Below, piece after piece: positions 53,589 through 62,564 of a stretch of DNA of 64,000 bases. Numbering within the stretch: the first letter of the stretch is position 1; each line of letters starts with the position of its first letter. Source of the stretch: an uncultured Clostridia bacterium (GTDB lineage Bacteria > Bacillota > Clostridia > Oscillospirales > Butyricicoccaceae); the NCBI GenBank assembly GCA_910589115.1, contig CAJUSB010000001.1, positions 138,442-202,441 on the forward strand. Reading direction: 5' to 3'. A program made the position numbers and the translations under genes. The notes under the pieces are model-generated. The model was not told the origin of the DNA. It was given only the letters and a program-made list of their open reading frames with translations, and made no database searches.

Positions 53589-53617
53589 ATTTTAGCTGTT
53601 TTAGGAATCAGTTTCAA
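53589..53617 (-). promoter_or_regulatory. sigA promoter of the pur operon
   Basis: TTGAAA-17-TAAAAT. Confidence 0.7.
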
Positions 53618-53707
53618 GTGCTTCTGCACGCTTTTCTCAAAATCGTACAAATGAACAAACTGCCGCGTTAATTTTCGGAAATTGTCGTAGCTTCTGCCAG
53701 CAGACGG

Positions 53708-54880
53708 TCAGCTTTCATTGAGGATTTTTCGTGCATACAGCGTTTGCTCCATCTGGCGGACCCGCTCACTCCAGGAACAGGCCTTGCCATAGGCAAGACG
53801 TTTTTCCGCCTTTTCGGGATCATTCTCGGCAGCGGCCTCCCTGCATTTTTCCAGAAAACCGGTTTGGCTGTCGACGATATAGACTACGTCGGAAAAATCA
53901 GAGACCTGAAGCGGCTCACGGGTCGAAACAATCGGTTTCCCTGTCGCAAGGTATTCATAGAATTTCAATGGGGAAACATCCTTGGAGAGCGCACCCGCTC
54001 GGAAAACATTCAGGCATACATCAAACTGTGCAATATATGCGGGCAGTTCAGGCTGCGGGACGAGGCCGTGAAAAATAATATTCGGATATTTTTTCAAATG
54101 GTCGAGGTTCACGCCGGGCAGTGTGCGGCCAATCAGGAATATCGTGGCGTTCGGCTGCGCCTTTGCCAATGCTTCAATCAGGGCATAGTCGATGCACTCC
54201 TGAAGCATTCCCACAAAACCGTAAATGGGATGCGGCAGTGTTTTCATTTCCTTCGGGCATGGAAGGCTTTCCTTTTCGGTCTGCACGCGTGAAAATACTT
54301 CATAGGCTGCGCCGTTCGGAATCATTTGCGCATTTGCATTGTACTTTTGCAGCGTTTCATGTAGGCCGATTGCTGTTGAAAAGACCATATCCGCGTGGCC
54401 TGCCAGCTCACGTTCCATACCGTCAACCACACCGGCATCAATATGCCCTTTGTATGCAGAATGCCGGTCAACGCAGTCATAAACCAGCTTCTGATGTGGG
54501 ATATGCTGCACGATATCACAGGCAGACGGAGAATAGCACCAGAGGATGGTATCTGCACCGAAACCGTGCTCCTGCATTTTTTTCTTGATAAAGGCGGCCT
54601 GCCGCTTCTGGTTCAAATGGTTGACCCACCGGTGTTGATTATAAAACGGCAGGACAGGCGGCAGCTGATAAACGGTCAGATTCTCCTGTGGCCTATCCGC
54701 CTTTTCCCAGCGTGCAAACAGACGCTTTGTGCAACGCTTGTCCTTAATGGGCGCAATATAAGATACAGGCGGGTCAAAATAAAGGATATCTGCATTGCGC
54801 AGACGTGTCATCACATTTTGCTTACGTGTCGGCAGCGGGTGAAAATTGGTCGTTGACAGGCAAACAATCTTATTTTTCAC
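53708..54880 (-). CDS. Glycosyltransferase GT4 (TuaH-like)
   Basis: YDCVD and PLKFYEYLATGKP motifs; GTG after AAAGGGG. Confidence 0.88.
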   Translation of the reverse strand: MKNKIVCLSTTNFHPLPTRKQNVMTRLRNADILYFDPPVSYIAPIKDKRCTKRLFARWEKADRPQENLTVYQLPPVLPFYNQHRWVNHLNQKRQAAFIKKKMQEHGFGADTILWCYSPSACDIVQHIPHQKLVYDCVDRHSAYKGHIDAGVVDGMERELAGHADMVFSTAIGLHETLQKYNANAQMIPNGAAYEVFSRVQTEKESLPCPKEMKTLPHPIYGFVGMLQECIDYALIEALAKAQPNATIFLIGRTLPGVNLDHLKKYPNIIFHGLVPQPELPAYIAQFDVCLNVFRAGALSKDVSPLKFYEYLATGKPIVSTREPLQVSDFSDVVYIVDSQTGFLEKCREAAAENDPEKAEKRLAYGKACSWSERVRQMEQTLYARKILNES

Positions 54881-57134
54881 GTTGGGCAGCCCCCTTTCCA
54901 TATTTTGCGGCAATCTGGTGCAGCAGTTCCTGCGCCCCCTTGGAATTCTGGCTCTCGCGTTCGGTAAGCAGCTTTGCCATACGCTGCACGCGTGCATCAA
55001 GCGCACCGGAAACGCATTCGTCAATCAGAGGGCAGATTTTTTCCCTTGTTGCTTCTGACAGTGGGATACAGGTTCGGCTGCCGATAAATTCCAGAAAGCC
55101 GTCAACCTTTGGGTCATATGACAGTCCAATCACCGGTACGCCCTGCCCGGCTGAAAACATCAGGGAATGCAGGCGGATACCAACGACTGCTTTCATCCGC
55201 GCAAGAATCCCAATCGTAACTTCAATCGGCTGGCGGGTTGTAATCAGGTAATGCGGGCAGCGGAGCAGCGCGGCAACACGTTCGGCGGGTATTAAATCGC
55301 TGGAGAATTCAATGGGCACAAAAACCGGTATCAGGCCATGCTGCTCATAAGCATAGTTTGCTGCGGCTGCAATTTCGCCAATAACGGCATCCAGCCCTCT
55401 CCAGCTGCGCAGGCCAAAACCAATATACTGTCCGTCTGCGGGAATGCCACAGCTCTCCATAGCCAGGTCGGTAACCTCTCTGGAGGCGGGTGTAAGGATG
55501 ATTGTAGGGTCGGCAGACCCACGGACAACGGGTTTGGTAATACACATCCGTTCAAGCTCCCCTTGTGAAAGGTCATCCCGCAGGGTAATCAGGTCTACCG
55601 ACTGGTTGAGTACCTTTGTGGTACGTTTCCGGTTATAGGGGCGCTCGATCGGACCAATGCCGCAGCCATACATCATGACTGCGCAGCCCAGACGTTTGGC
55701 AGCACTGAGGGTATAGAGATAATATTGCAAACTCCGTGTCGAGGTCACATCCTGCATCAGGTTCCCGCCGCCGTTGATATACAGCGCGGCCTGACGGAAG
55801 CGGCGCAGCACTGCCGGAAAATTAAAGGTATAAATCGCGCCAGTACGGTAAACGAGACGGGTTTCCTTCGGGCGGCGGGACATGACCCAAATTGGACGGT
55901 CGCGGTCAAGGGCGCGCATTTCCTGAACGATTGCTTTCAGGATAGCGTCGTCACCGGCATTCCCTTTGCCGTAGGCACCACAGATGACAATGCCGTCCTT
56001 TGCTGAGACCGGCCGGCGGAAACGTTCTATGATACGGGTATAGTTTTCTTCCTGGCGGCGGCACATATGCTCCATTGAAAATTCACGGGATGCCTTTTCC
56101 AACAGACGTGCAGCGAACTGGTGCCGCATTTCATCATCATTTGCCAGCCGCACAAGATATTTTGCCAGTTGTTCCACATCCCGCGGCTGATAAATGTAGC
56201 CATTTTCCCCGGTGTCAATCAGCTCGCTCATACCGCCTACGTCTGAGCAGATAGCCGCACACCCTTCTCGGATTCCCTCAAGAACGGAATATGGAAAGGT
56301 TTCGGAGAGGGACGACAATACGGTCAAATCCATTGCTGCATAAAAGCGGTCAATCGGGTTGACCCATCCGCAGAAGACAACACGGCTTTCAATACCGAGC
56401 GAATGCGCTAGCTTTTTCAGCATTTCGCCGTCTTCGCCTTCACCGGCAATGAACAGGCGCAGCTGCGGCGCTTCGCGGAGCGCAATTTGCAGGGCACGCA
56501 GCAGAGTGCCGATATCCTTAACAGCGGTCAGGCGTGCTGCAATCCCGCATAGGATATCTTTTTCGTCGATTTCTATGCCCCATTTTTCGCGGCAGTATGC
56601 TGCGCGGTCGAAATTGGTCACTTTTTCTGAAAAATCCATGCCATTATAAATGACGAACAGCCTTTCCGGATTAAACCCGCGCCGGATCAATGTCTGTGCC
56701 ATACGGTCAGCGACGGGCTGATAATAATCCAGAAATCGCAGTGCGATTGCATTCATATTGCCCAGCGTATGCTGCTTGAGCGGCGCCCCCAAATAATCCA
56801 GTTTATAATCGGAATGGACCGTTGTGACAATCGGTATCCGGCGCTTAGCACGGATCAGCGCACCCATCAGGTTAGCGCGGGAACCGTGGCAGTGGATCAC
56901 ATCGGGATGAAACTGATCCACCAGCGCCAGCAACTGCTGACGCACCCTGACAAGGTTAATGGTCGGCAATACCTCCACGCGGATGCCCTCTTCTTTAGCC
57001 TCTTCGGCAAACGGGCCTTCACGAAAGCTGACGAGCATGACCTCGTGGCGCTCCCCGAGCGCTTTTACCAGCGACATAATATGTGTTTTTGCACCGCCGA
57101 CATCGCCGCCGCCCATCAGCTGCATAATTCTCAT
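54870..57134 (-). CDS. csaB: GT4 glycosyltransferase fused to polysaccharide pyruvyl transferase CsaB
   Basis: N-terminal GT4 (SETFPYSVLE); C-terminal YGKGNAGDDAI, GGGNLMQD.TS, RLHS and SYDPKV motifs. Confidence 0.88.
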   Translation of the reverse strand: MRIMQLMGGGDVGGAKTHIMSLVKALGERHEVMLVSFREGPFAEEAKEEGIRVEVLPTINLVRVRQQLLALVDQFHPDVIHCHGSRANLMGALIRAKRRIPIVTTVHSDYKLDYLGAPLKQHTLGNMNAIALRFLDYYQPVADRMAQTLIRRGFNPERLFVIYNGMDFSEKVTNFDRAAYCREKWGIEIDEKDILCGIAARLTAVKDIGTLLRALQIALREAPQLRLFIAGEGEDGEMLKKLAHSLGIESRVVFCGWVNPIDRFYAAMDLTVLSSLSETFPYSVLEGIREGCAAICSDVGGMSELIDTGENGYIYQPRDVEQLAKYLVRLANDDEMRHQFAARLLEKASREFSMEHMCRRQEENYTRIIERFRRPVSAKDGIVICGAYGKGNAGDDAILKAIVQEMRALDRDRPIWVMSRRPKETRLVYRTGAIYTFNFPAVLRRFRQAALYINGGGNLMQDVTSTRSLQYYLYTLSAAKRLGCAVMMYGCGIGPIERPYNRKRTTKVLNQSVDLITLRDDLSQGELERMCITKPVVRGSADPTIILTPASREVTDLAMESCGIPADGQYIGFGLRSWRGLDAVIGEIAAAANYAYEQHGLIPVFVPIEFSSDLIPAERVAALLRCPHYLITTRQPIEVTIGILARMKAVVGIRLHSLMFSAGQGVPVIGLSYDPKVDGFLEFIGSRTCIPLSEATREKICPLIDECVSGALDARVQRMAKLLTERESQNSKGAQELLHQIAAKYGKGAAQREK

Positions 57135-57233
57135 AACGTCCCTCCAAAACACAAGAATACAGTTTATTATAAACCCATTTACCGGATTTGCAAAGCCCTT
57201 TTTTCTATTTCTTTTTTGGTGGTGCTCAGCTAT

Positions 57234-57399
57234 CGTTTTGCCCGGGACGCTGCCCCGGACCCCGCGCCTATGCGGCGGGCACCAGAGGGACACAGCCCCC
57301 TCTGGACTCCCTTTTTTCGCCTGCGGGCGGGACGGGGGATTTGGAAAATTTATTGCATATGGCAATGACCGGCCCGCCATAAGGACAGCGGGCCGGTCA
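57234..57399 (-). repeat. REP-like modular repeat, copy E, plus AGGAC-loop hairpin
   Basis: Reverse complement is close to copy B; hairpin at 57366-57399. Confidence 0.85.
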
Positions 57400-57444
57400 G
57401 TTATCTGCTCATATTTGGGATTTTTAAGCGAATAGATTTTATGG

Positions 57445-57744
57445 TTAAAGCAGGTAGTTATTATCCTGATCGGCTACGTGCAAAGTTGCCAGCGTATACG
57501 TTGCGTATCCCTCTGCGACAAGCGGCTCTAACTGGCACAGTGCTTCGGCCTCCTCGTAATTGTTTGTTTTGAATATAACCATGCCTGCCATACCCGGATA
57601 TCCATTAAACGGTCCGCAAAGCTCGATTTTCTGCTCGGCATCCAGTTTTCTCAGATTTTCTACATGTCTTTCAATCACTGCTTTCGTTACTTTGTTATAT
57701 GACTTTCCCTTTTTTATCATCATCACATACAAACACTTTTCCAT
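57445..57744 (-). CDS. YciI family protein
   Basis: H...L....CGPF....GMVI....EEA....EPLV pattern. Confidence 0.75.
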   Translation of the reverse strand: MEKCLYVMMIKKGKSYNKVTKAVIERHVENLRKLDAEQKIELCGPFNGYPGMAGMVIFKTNNYEEAEALCQLEPLVAEGYATYTLATLHVADQDNNYLL

Positions 57745-57808
57745 GTTCTCATCTCCTGTTTTTTATCCGCATTTTTTGGTGCTTATCAGAGTGCAAAATA
57801 TATTATTT

Positions 57809-58717
57809 TTAATCATATATTTTAGCAATTTCAGAAACACGTTCTCTCATCATAATTCTGGCTGCTTCCGGTTCAAGAATTTCAACATATTTACCAAAGG
57901 ATAAAAGATAGTGAAAAGTCCAGTTATTTAATTCATATGGAACGGAAACATAATAATTGCCGTCGTCACGCTGGAAAATCTGCTCTTCTTGAAATTCATC
58001 AAACAGCCTGTGTGCAATTTCCGGTGAAAACCTCAACTTCAGAAGCGGAATATGACATTCCTCTCTGCATCCGTCTGTCAATGAATAATCCGAAGGAAGG
58101 ACACGGTCAAAAACCTCGGGTAAAATTTGCAGGTGCTTTATCCTGGACAGGCGGAAAATCCGGATTTCCCTTTTACATCTGCAATATCCAACGATATACC
58201 AGGCATGGGATTTGAAAACCAAACGCAATGGCTCAATCATACGGCTTGATTTTTTTAATTCGGAATTAAAGTAGTGAAATGTTATCACGTGCCGGTTAAG
58301 AATTGCATATTGCAGATCTGTAATCTTTATTTTTTCTTTGTCATCACTCCCCCAATATGAAAAATCCACTTCAAGCCATTTGGGTTCCATTGCATTTCTG
58401 AAAACAGCACCGATTTTGCTCAATGTCATTTCAGCATTTGGATAGCTAGCGGCTTGCAGTATTTGCAGCCCCTGAAAAACGTTTTGCTGTTCCTCCCGGG
58501 ACAATAAGGATTTATCTATCGTATACCCATCTATTAGAGAAATTCCTCCGCCGGTCCCTTTTGTAGACAATATAGGTATTCCGGCGATTGTCAGCGTGTT
58601 GATATCCCGATATATCGTCCTTGTCGATACCTGAAAAACACGGGACAATTCTTTGGCTGTTACGTGCCCGTGATTGACAATGTAAAAAACCAGTTGGACC
58701 AAACGCTCAATTTGCAT
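57809..58717 (-). CDS. YafY-type HTH-WYL-WCX transcriptional regulator
   Basis: VSTRTIYRDI, GTGGG, EPLRL and WYIVGYC..R.FRLSRI motifs. Confidence 0.92.
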   Translation of the reverse strand: MQIERLVQLVFYIVNHGHVTAKELSRVFQVSTRTIYRDINTLTIAGIPILSTKGTGGGISLIDGYTIDKSLLSREEQQNVFQGLQILQAASYPNAEMTLSKIGAVFRNAMEPKWLEVDFSYWGSDDKEKIKITDLQYAILNRHVITFHYFNSELKKSSRMIEPLRLVFKSHAWYIVGYCRCKREIRIFRLSRIKHLQILPEVFDRVLPSDYSLTDGCREECHIPLLKLRFSPEIAHRLFDEFQEEQIFQRDDGNYYVSVPYELNNWTFHYLLSFGKYVEILEPEAARIMMRERVSEIAKIYD

Positions 58718-58761
58718 GTAATAGACACCCCTTATGCTGCAATAAAATAATATCACATTTA

Positions 58762-58783
58762 ATATGACATATAGCTGTCGCAT
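58762..58783. promoter_or_regulatory. Putative WYL-regulator operator
   Basis: ATATGACA-N6-TGTCGCAT imperfect palindrome 45 nt upstream of the start. Confidence 0.5.
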
Positions 58784-59086
58784 TCCAAATTTATTTTGAA
58801 TAGAAACGCACATTGCAGCAAGCTCTTCCATTATTATGATCTGCTCATTTACTGATAATCACAGCGGGTATCACTTTTTTAATTCTGTTGAACTCTTTAT
58901 GTGATTTTTGCTGCTGCTTCAATTATAGAACAAAGACCAACCTTTTCCAGGGCTGGTCTTTCTTTTTTGGAATCGTCTCTCAGAACCTGTTTTGTTTCTC
59001 TCCAAACGATGCGCAGCAGTTATTTTTCAGTATTTTGACAGATACAATACAGGTTCTTTATAATGAGACCTCTCTCTTTTTGAAAA

Positions 59087-59287
59087 CTAATCGGTAAAAC
59101 GGAAAAGTTCCTCCACAGTGCACTCAAAAACGGCCGCAATATCCATTGCCAGACGCAGAGAAGGATTATATTTCCCGTTTTCAAGATTTCCAATCGTTTC
59201 CCGCCGGACGCCGACAAGTTTTGCCAGCTCTTCCTGACGCATCCCGGTTTTGGCACGGTATTCTTTCATCTTGGTCTGTAACCCCAT
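59087..59287 (-). CDS. Small XRE-family HTH regulator
   Basis: QEELAKLVGVRRETI..LENGKYNPSL motif. Confidence 0.92.
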   Translation of the reverse strand: MGLQTKMKEYRAKTGMRQEELAKLVGVRRETIGNLENGKYNPSLRLAMDIAAVFECTVEELFRFTD

Positions 59288-59628
59288 CAGCGTGCCCCCC
59301 GCTCATCCCGAAGTTCATTCACCGCCATGATTCCGGAAAATGCAATAACAGAGGCTGCAAAGCTAAGTGCAAAAACGGCAGGCACCCATTCTCTCTGTCC
59401 GGCGAGCACGGTCGTGCAGACTCCGAGGGCAACCGCTGCAATCAAAGTGAAAAAGCCTGTACTTGCCGCCCGGCGCACCATTGCACAGAACATTTCATCT
59501 GGAATGACCGTAAAATAATAAAAATACGCAAAGAACCCAAAAAATCCATAATATCCACTCTCCCCTGTGAAAAATCCTAGCAGCCCAAGCGCTCCAAGGA
59601 AACCCAAAAAGCCCAATTTGTTAATCAT
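59287..59628 (-). CDS. Small membrane protein (DUF3796-like)
   Basis: MINKLGFLGFLG..GFFGFF..DEMF; translationally coupled to the XRE gene. Confidence 0.75.
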   Translation of the reverse strand: MINKLGFLGFLGALGLLGFFTGESGYYGFFGFFAYFYYFTVIPDEMFCAMVRRAASTGFFTLIAAVALGVCTTVLAGQREWVPAVFALSFAASVIAFSGIMAVNELRDERGAR

Positions 59629-59672
59629 AATAACGCCTCCTGTATGTGATGTGTTTCGCACTGTGTGTTATA

Positions 59673-59701
59673 AATATACCACTTTATTTGGGAGCTGTCA
59701 A
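59673..59701 (-). promoter_or_regulatory. sigA promoter of the DUF3796-XRE pair
   Basis: TTGACA-17-TATATT with extended TG. Confidence 0.75.
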
Positions 59702-59776
59702 GGGGGCAATTACAAATTATCCTAAAATTCATAAATTCTCTCGAATTTCATGCAGAGGCAGTCGTACATCTAACCT

Positions 59777-59806
59777 AAAAAAGCCCGCCAATCGGCGAGC
59801 TTTTTT
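59777..59806. terminator. Bidirectional terminator
   Basis: A-tract GCCCGCC/GGCGAGC T-tract. Confidence 0.65.
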
Positions 59807-59909
59807 CAGATATAACGAACTTTTCAGATCCTCCCAATTTTCTTTTGTGTTCTCACCGCCTTAGCTCTCGTTTTCAGTGTATAATACACTATGGATCTAA
59901 TTGTGCAGA

Positions 59910-60152
59910 TTATGCCTTAGCCTTATGCGCAGTGATAATTGTATAGCTATGGGCGTTCACAGTTATTTTATAACCACCTACAGTTACATACCAATTTTTC
60001 CCAGCCATCTCAATTTTAGCAGTTTCGTCCAAAATCTGAACCCTGCTCCATTGGACAACATCATCCGTTTCGAGTTGGCAATTCCTTTTTATTCGCTCTG
60101 TGCCCATTTCTGTTGTATGAAGTTTATCAATGTTTTCAATCAAATGATTCAT
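59910..60152 (-). CDS. DUF3781-like small protein
   Basis: KLHTTEMGTERIKRN, GKNWY and NAHSYTIITAH motifs. Confidence 0.8.
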   Translation of the reverse strand: MNHLIENIDKLHTTEMGTERIKRNCQLETDDVVQWSRVQILDETAKIEMAGKNWYVTVGGYKITVNAHSYTIITAHKAKA

Positions 60153-60240
60153 TTAATATCACCGCACGTCAAAATCATTTCTTAGTACAATTATAATGTT
60201 ATATATTCATCCACTGTATTTACTAGGACTTCAGATTCAA

Positions 60241-61689
60241 TCAGCGTCTTTTCAACCGTGCTGTAATTGCCTGCAATTCCGGCTTTCCCTCTCCAGTGCC
60301 AATGATACAGGCAGCATATACGGATGCACCACACAAAACCGCAGCCGCCAGCCGAACCAAATTCCCGACCGGCAAACGTGTGCAGCCAAAGGCCGCCGCA
60401 CCACACAGCAGTGCGGAACCAAAAATTTTTACCAATGACTTTGCGGGAACGTGAAACAGAAAACGGCTCCGTACACGGAATACGGTAATCAGAAAATAAC
60501 TTATAAATGCAATAACCGACCCCAGCGCAGCCGCCAGATACCCCGCCGTCCGAATCAGGATCAATGATGCGACAATTTTAATAACGGCTGCTATGGCACT
60601 GTTTTGCAAAATAGCAGTTGTAGACTGTTCAAGCTCATAGGCTTTATTTGCATACTCGGTCAGGCCCATAAACAGCATTGCACAGGAAGTGAAAATAATC
60701 ACAGGATACCCTGCCTCATATCCATCCGCAAAAATGAAATCCGATAAAGTGTAAGAGACGGCTGACAGCCCCAAAACAGCCGGAGCCGCAATCAGCAGGT
60801 ACAGCCGCACGCCACTGTCAAGCAGCGGTTTTGCAAGTGCCTGTCCCCCTTCCCGCCACGCACGCAGAGCGTTTGGGTAAACGCCGCGCATAATACCAAC
60901 CGAAAGCATCGTAAAAATACTATTTGCAATAGAATTATTATTACTATAGACGGCAAAAACCGCATCCCCATAAATTCCATTGACCAGAATCCGGTCAATC
61001 TGATTCAGCAGTGCGACAGAAATCGACACTCCCATCAGTGGCACGCCATATTTCAGGAATTTTTGAAGCAGCTCCCGTGAGAAATACCGGAACCGGACCA
61101 CCTTGGGAAAAGAAAGAACCAGCGCCGCCCCAATCCCTGCAACGCCATCCGCCGCCGTTGCCGCGATTACCGCAGGCACGGGGGACGGGAAATCGGTCGC
61201 ACCGCCAACCATCACATAGGCAACGCCCAGCTTCAGCAGCGCGGAAAGCAATGAAAATGCAACCGATGCACCAATACGTCCCAGCTGAACCAGCGCTGCA
61301 TTCAGTATCTGGAAGCAGGTGTAACTCATGAACATGAAAATCGCAAGGAAATAGGCATTCTTGCCCGTCACCAGTGCTGTGATGACATACCCGGCTGAAA
61401 CGAGCGCACCAATCAGCAAATACACGGTAGACACTGTAGAAAAAAGTTTTTCGCCTCGGTCTGTGCGATATTCCTCCGCTACATAACGGGTTGCGGCGTT
61501 TGCCATCCATCCGGCCAGGATCAGATAACATAGCTGAATTGTTAGGTTAATCGAATTAAAGAATCCGTTGGCTTCCTTCAAAAATATATGCGAATAGAGT
61601 GAGCTGACCAACATCAGCAACAGCCCCTCCGCAATCTTTGCGGGCAAAAAAAGCATGGCATCCCGCGTCATGGTATTTTTCTGTGGCAC
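60241..61689 (-). CDS. Wzx-type polysaccharide flippase
   Basis: Many TM segments, KYGVPL and DRILV motifs; GTG after GAGG. Confidence 0.85.
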   Translation of the reverse strand: MPQKNTMTRDAMLFLPAKIAEGLLLMLVSSLYSHIFLKEANGFFNSINLTIQLCYLILAGWMANAATRYVAEEYRTDRGEKLFSTVSTVYLLIGALVSAGYVITALVTGKNAYFLAIFMFMSYTCFQILNAALVQLGRIGASVAFSLLSALLKLGVAYVMVGGATDFPSPVPAVIAATAADGVAGIGAALVLSFPKVVRFRYFSRELLQKFLKYGVPLMGVSISVALLNQIDRILVNGIYGDAVFAVYSNNNSIANSIFTMLSVGIMRGVYPNALRAWREGGQALAKPLLDSGVRLYLLIAAPAVLGLSAVSYTLSDFIFADGYEAGYPVIIFTSCAMLFMGLTEYANKAYELEQSTTAILQNSAIAAVIKIVASLILIRTAGYLAAALGSVIAFISYFLITVFRVRSRFLFHVPAKSLVKIFGSALLCGAAAFGCTRLPVGNLVRLAAAVLCGASVYAACIIGTGEGKPELQAITARLKRR

Positions 61690-61796
61690 TTTGATTGACC
61701 TCTTGTGAACTGGCATTTTCTATTAGTGTACCATATCCATCTGAAAAATGCAATTTGCTGCTATAAATTTTACAAGTATTTTTTCATATATCGGAA

Positions 61797-61826
61797 AAAA
61801 CGAGGCAGTCCCGAAGGACTGCCCCG
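61797..61826 (-). terminator. Terminator after the HPr-like gene
   Basis: GGCAGTCC/GGACTGCC stem followed by a T tract on the minus strand. Confidence 0.7.
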
Positions 61827-61878
61827 CGATATCCGTTGATTCTGTTAGTGCTTGCTTTGCATCTTGCAAAACAGGTTT

Positions 61879-62115
61879 TTAGTCCTCGATTTCGAGATAA
61901 TCCGCCAGATCCTTGAGCAGATCGGTCGCATCCACATCGTCCTCAACAACAAGGCTCAGCGGCTCGTTCAAGGACAGCAGGAACATGCCAAGCAGACTCT
62001 TTGCATCCACCATGCCGCTCTTGCCGTGGATCCAAATATCATACCCATAGCGGGTTACAATGCGGTTGATCTTCTGAATATCATCGGTATTTTTTACCTT
62101 AATTGCTCTGGTCAT
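61879..62115 (-). CDS. HPr-family protein lacking His15
   Basis: VDAKSLLGM Ser46 motif; no N-terminal GLHARP. Confidence 0.8.
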   Translation of the reverse strand: MTRAIKVKNTDDIQKINRIVTRYGYDIWIHGKSGMVDAKSLLGMFLLSLNEPLSLVVEDDVDATDLLKDLADYLEIED

Positions 62116-62470
62116 AGTCAATGTACCTCCAGTTCGTTATGTACTTATTTTCGGTTTGATGCTTTGCTTTGTATGTTTCCATTATACCATGCCTTTCCAA
62201 AAAGAAAAGCCCTAATTTTATGTTTTTTGAATTTTCAGCGTTTTTATGCAAGCCTACAAATTTCACTCTATTTTTTAGTGCTTTTTAACGAAATCAAATT
62301 GTTCATTTTGTTAAATATGACGATATACTGCCTTGCTTTTCGACCTACATCCAGATATTTTTCACCCACTGGCATTGTTCCCTGCTTGGCCACTCTTTGC
62401 AGCGGCCCCAAATAGCAGGATACGGAATCCCCCTCCCCTAAAAAAGATTGACGGAAATGAAAAGTTTATC

Positions 62471-62499
62471 TTGACCCCGGCGCTTTTAACTGCTAAAAT
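62471..62499 (+). promoter_or_regulatory. sigA promoter of the ABC transporter
   Basis: TTGACC-17-TAAAAT with extended TG. Confidence 0.7.
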
Positions 62500-62564
62500 G
62501 TAAAACTGTAGGCGGGAAAATCCCCCCTCCTGCGAATCGTTTCATTAAAAGGAAGGTTTTTACA

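Noticed and set aside
57135..57380. N-terminal extensions of CsaB and HU, and short ORFs at 12065-12448, 44273-44560 and 50315-50678 sharing peptides such as ESRG..PL
   Set aside because: These are translations of the GC-rich repeat; the real CsaB and HU starts have their own RBS downstream
57809..59628. WYL plus XRE genes as an anti-phage or toxin-antitoxin island
   Set aside because: No nuclease, Cas, RM or toxin gene nearby; the YafY and XRE/membrane pair are common stress regulators
62122..62470. Possible RNA or 35-aa ORF in the HPr-ABC intergenic region, including a T-box for the transporter
   Set aside because: Only a loose hairpin and a weak RBS; no T-box motif, and the ABC promoter leaves a leader of about 60 nt
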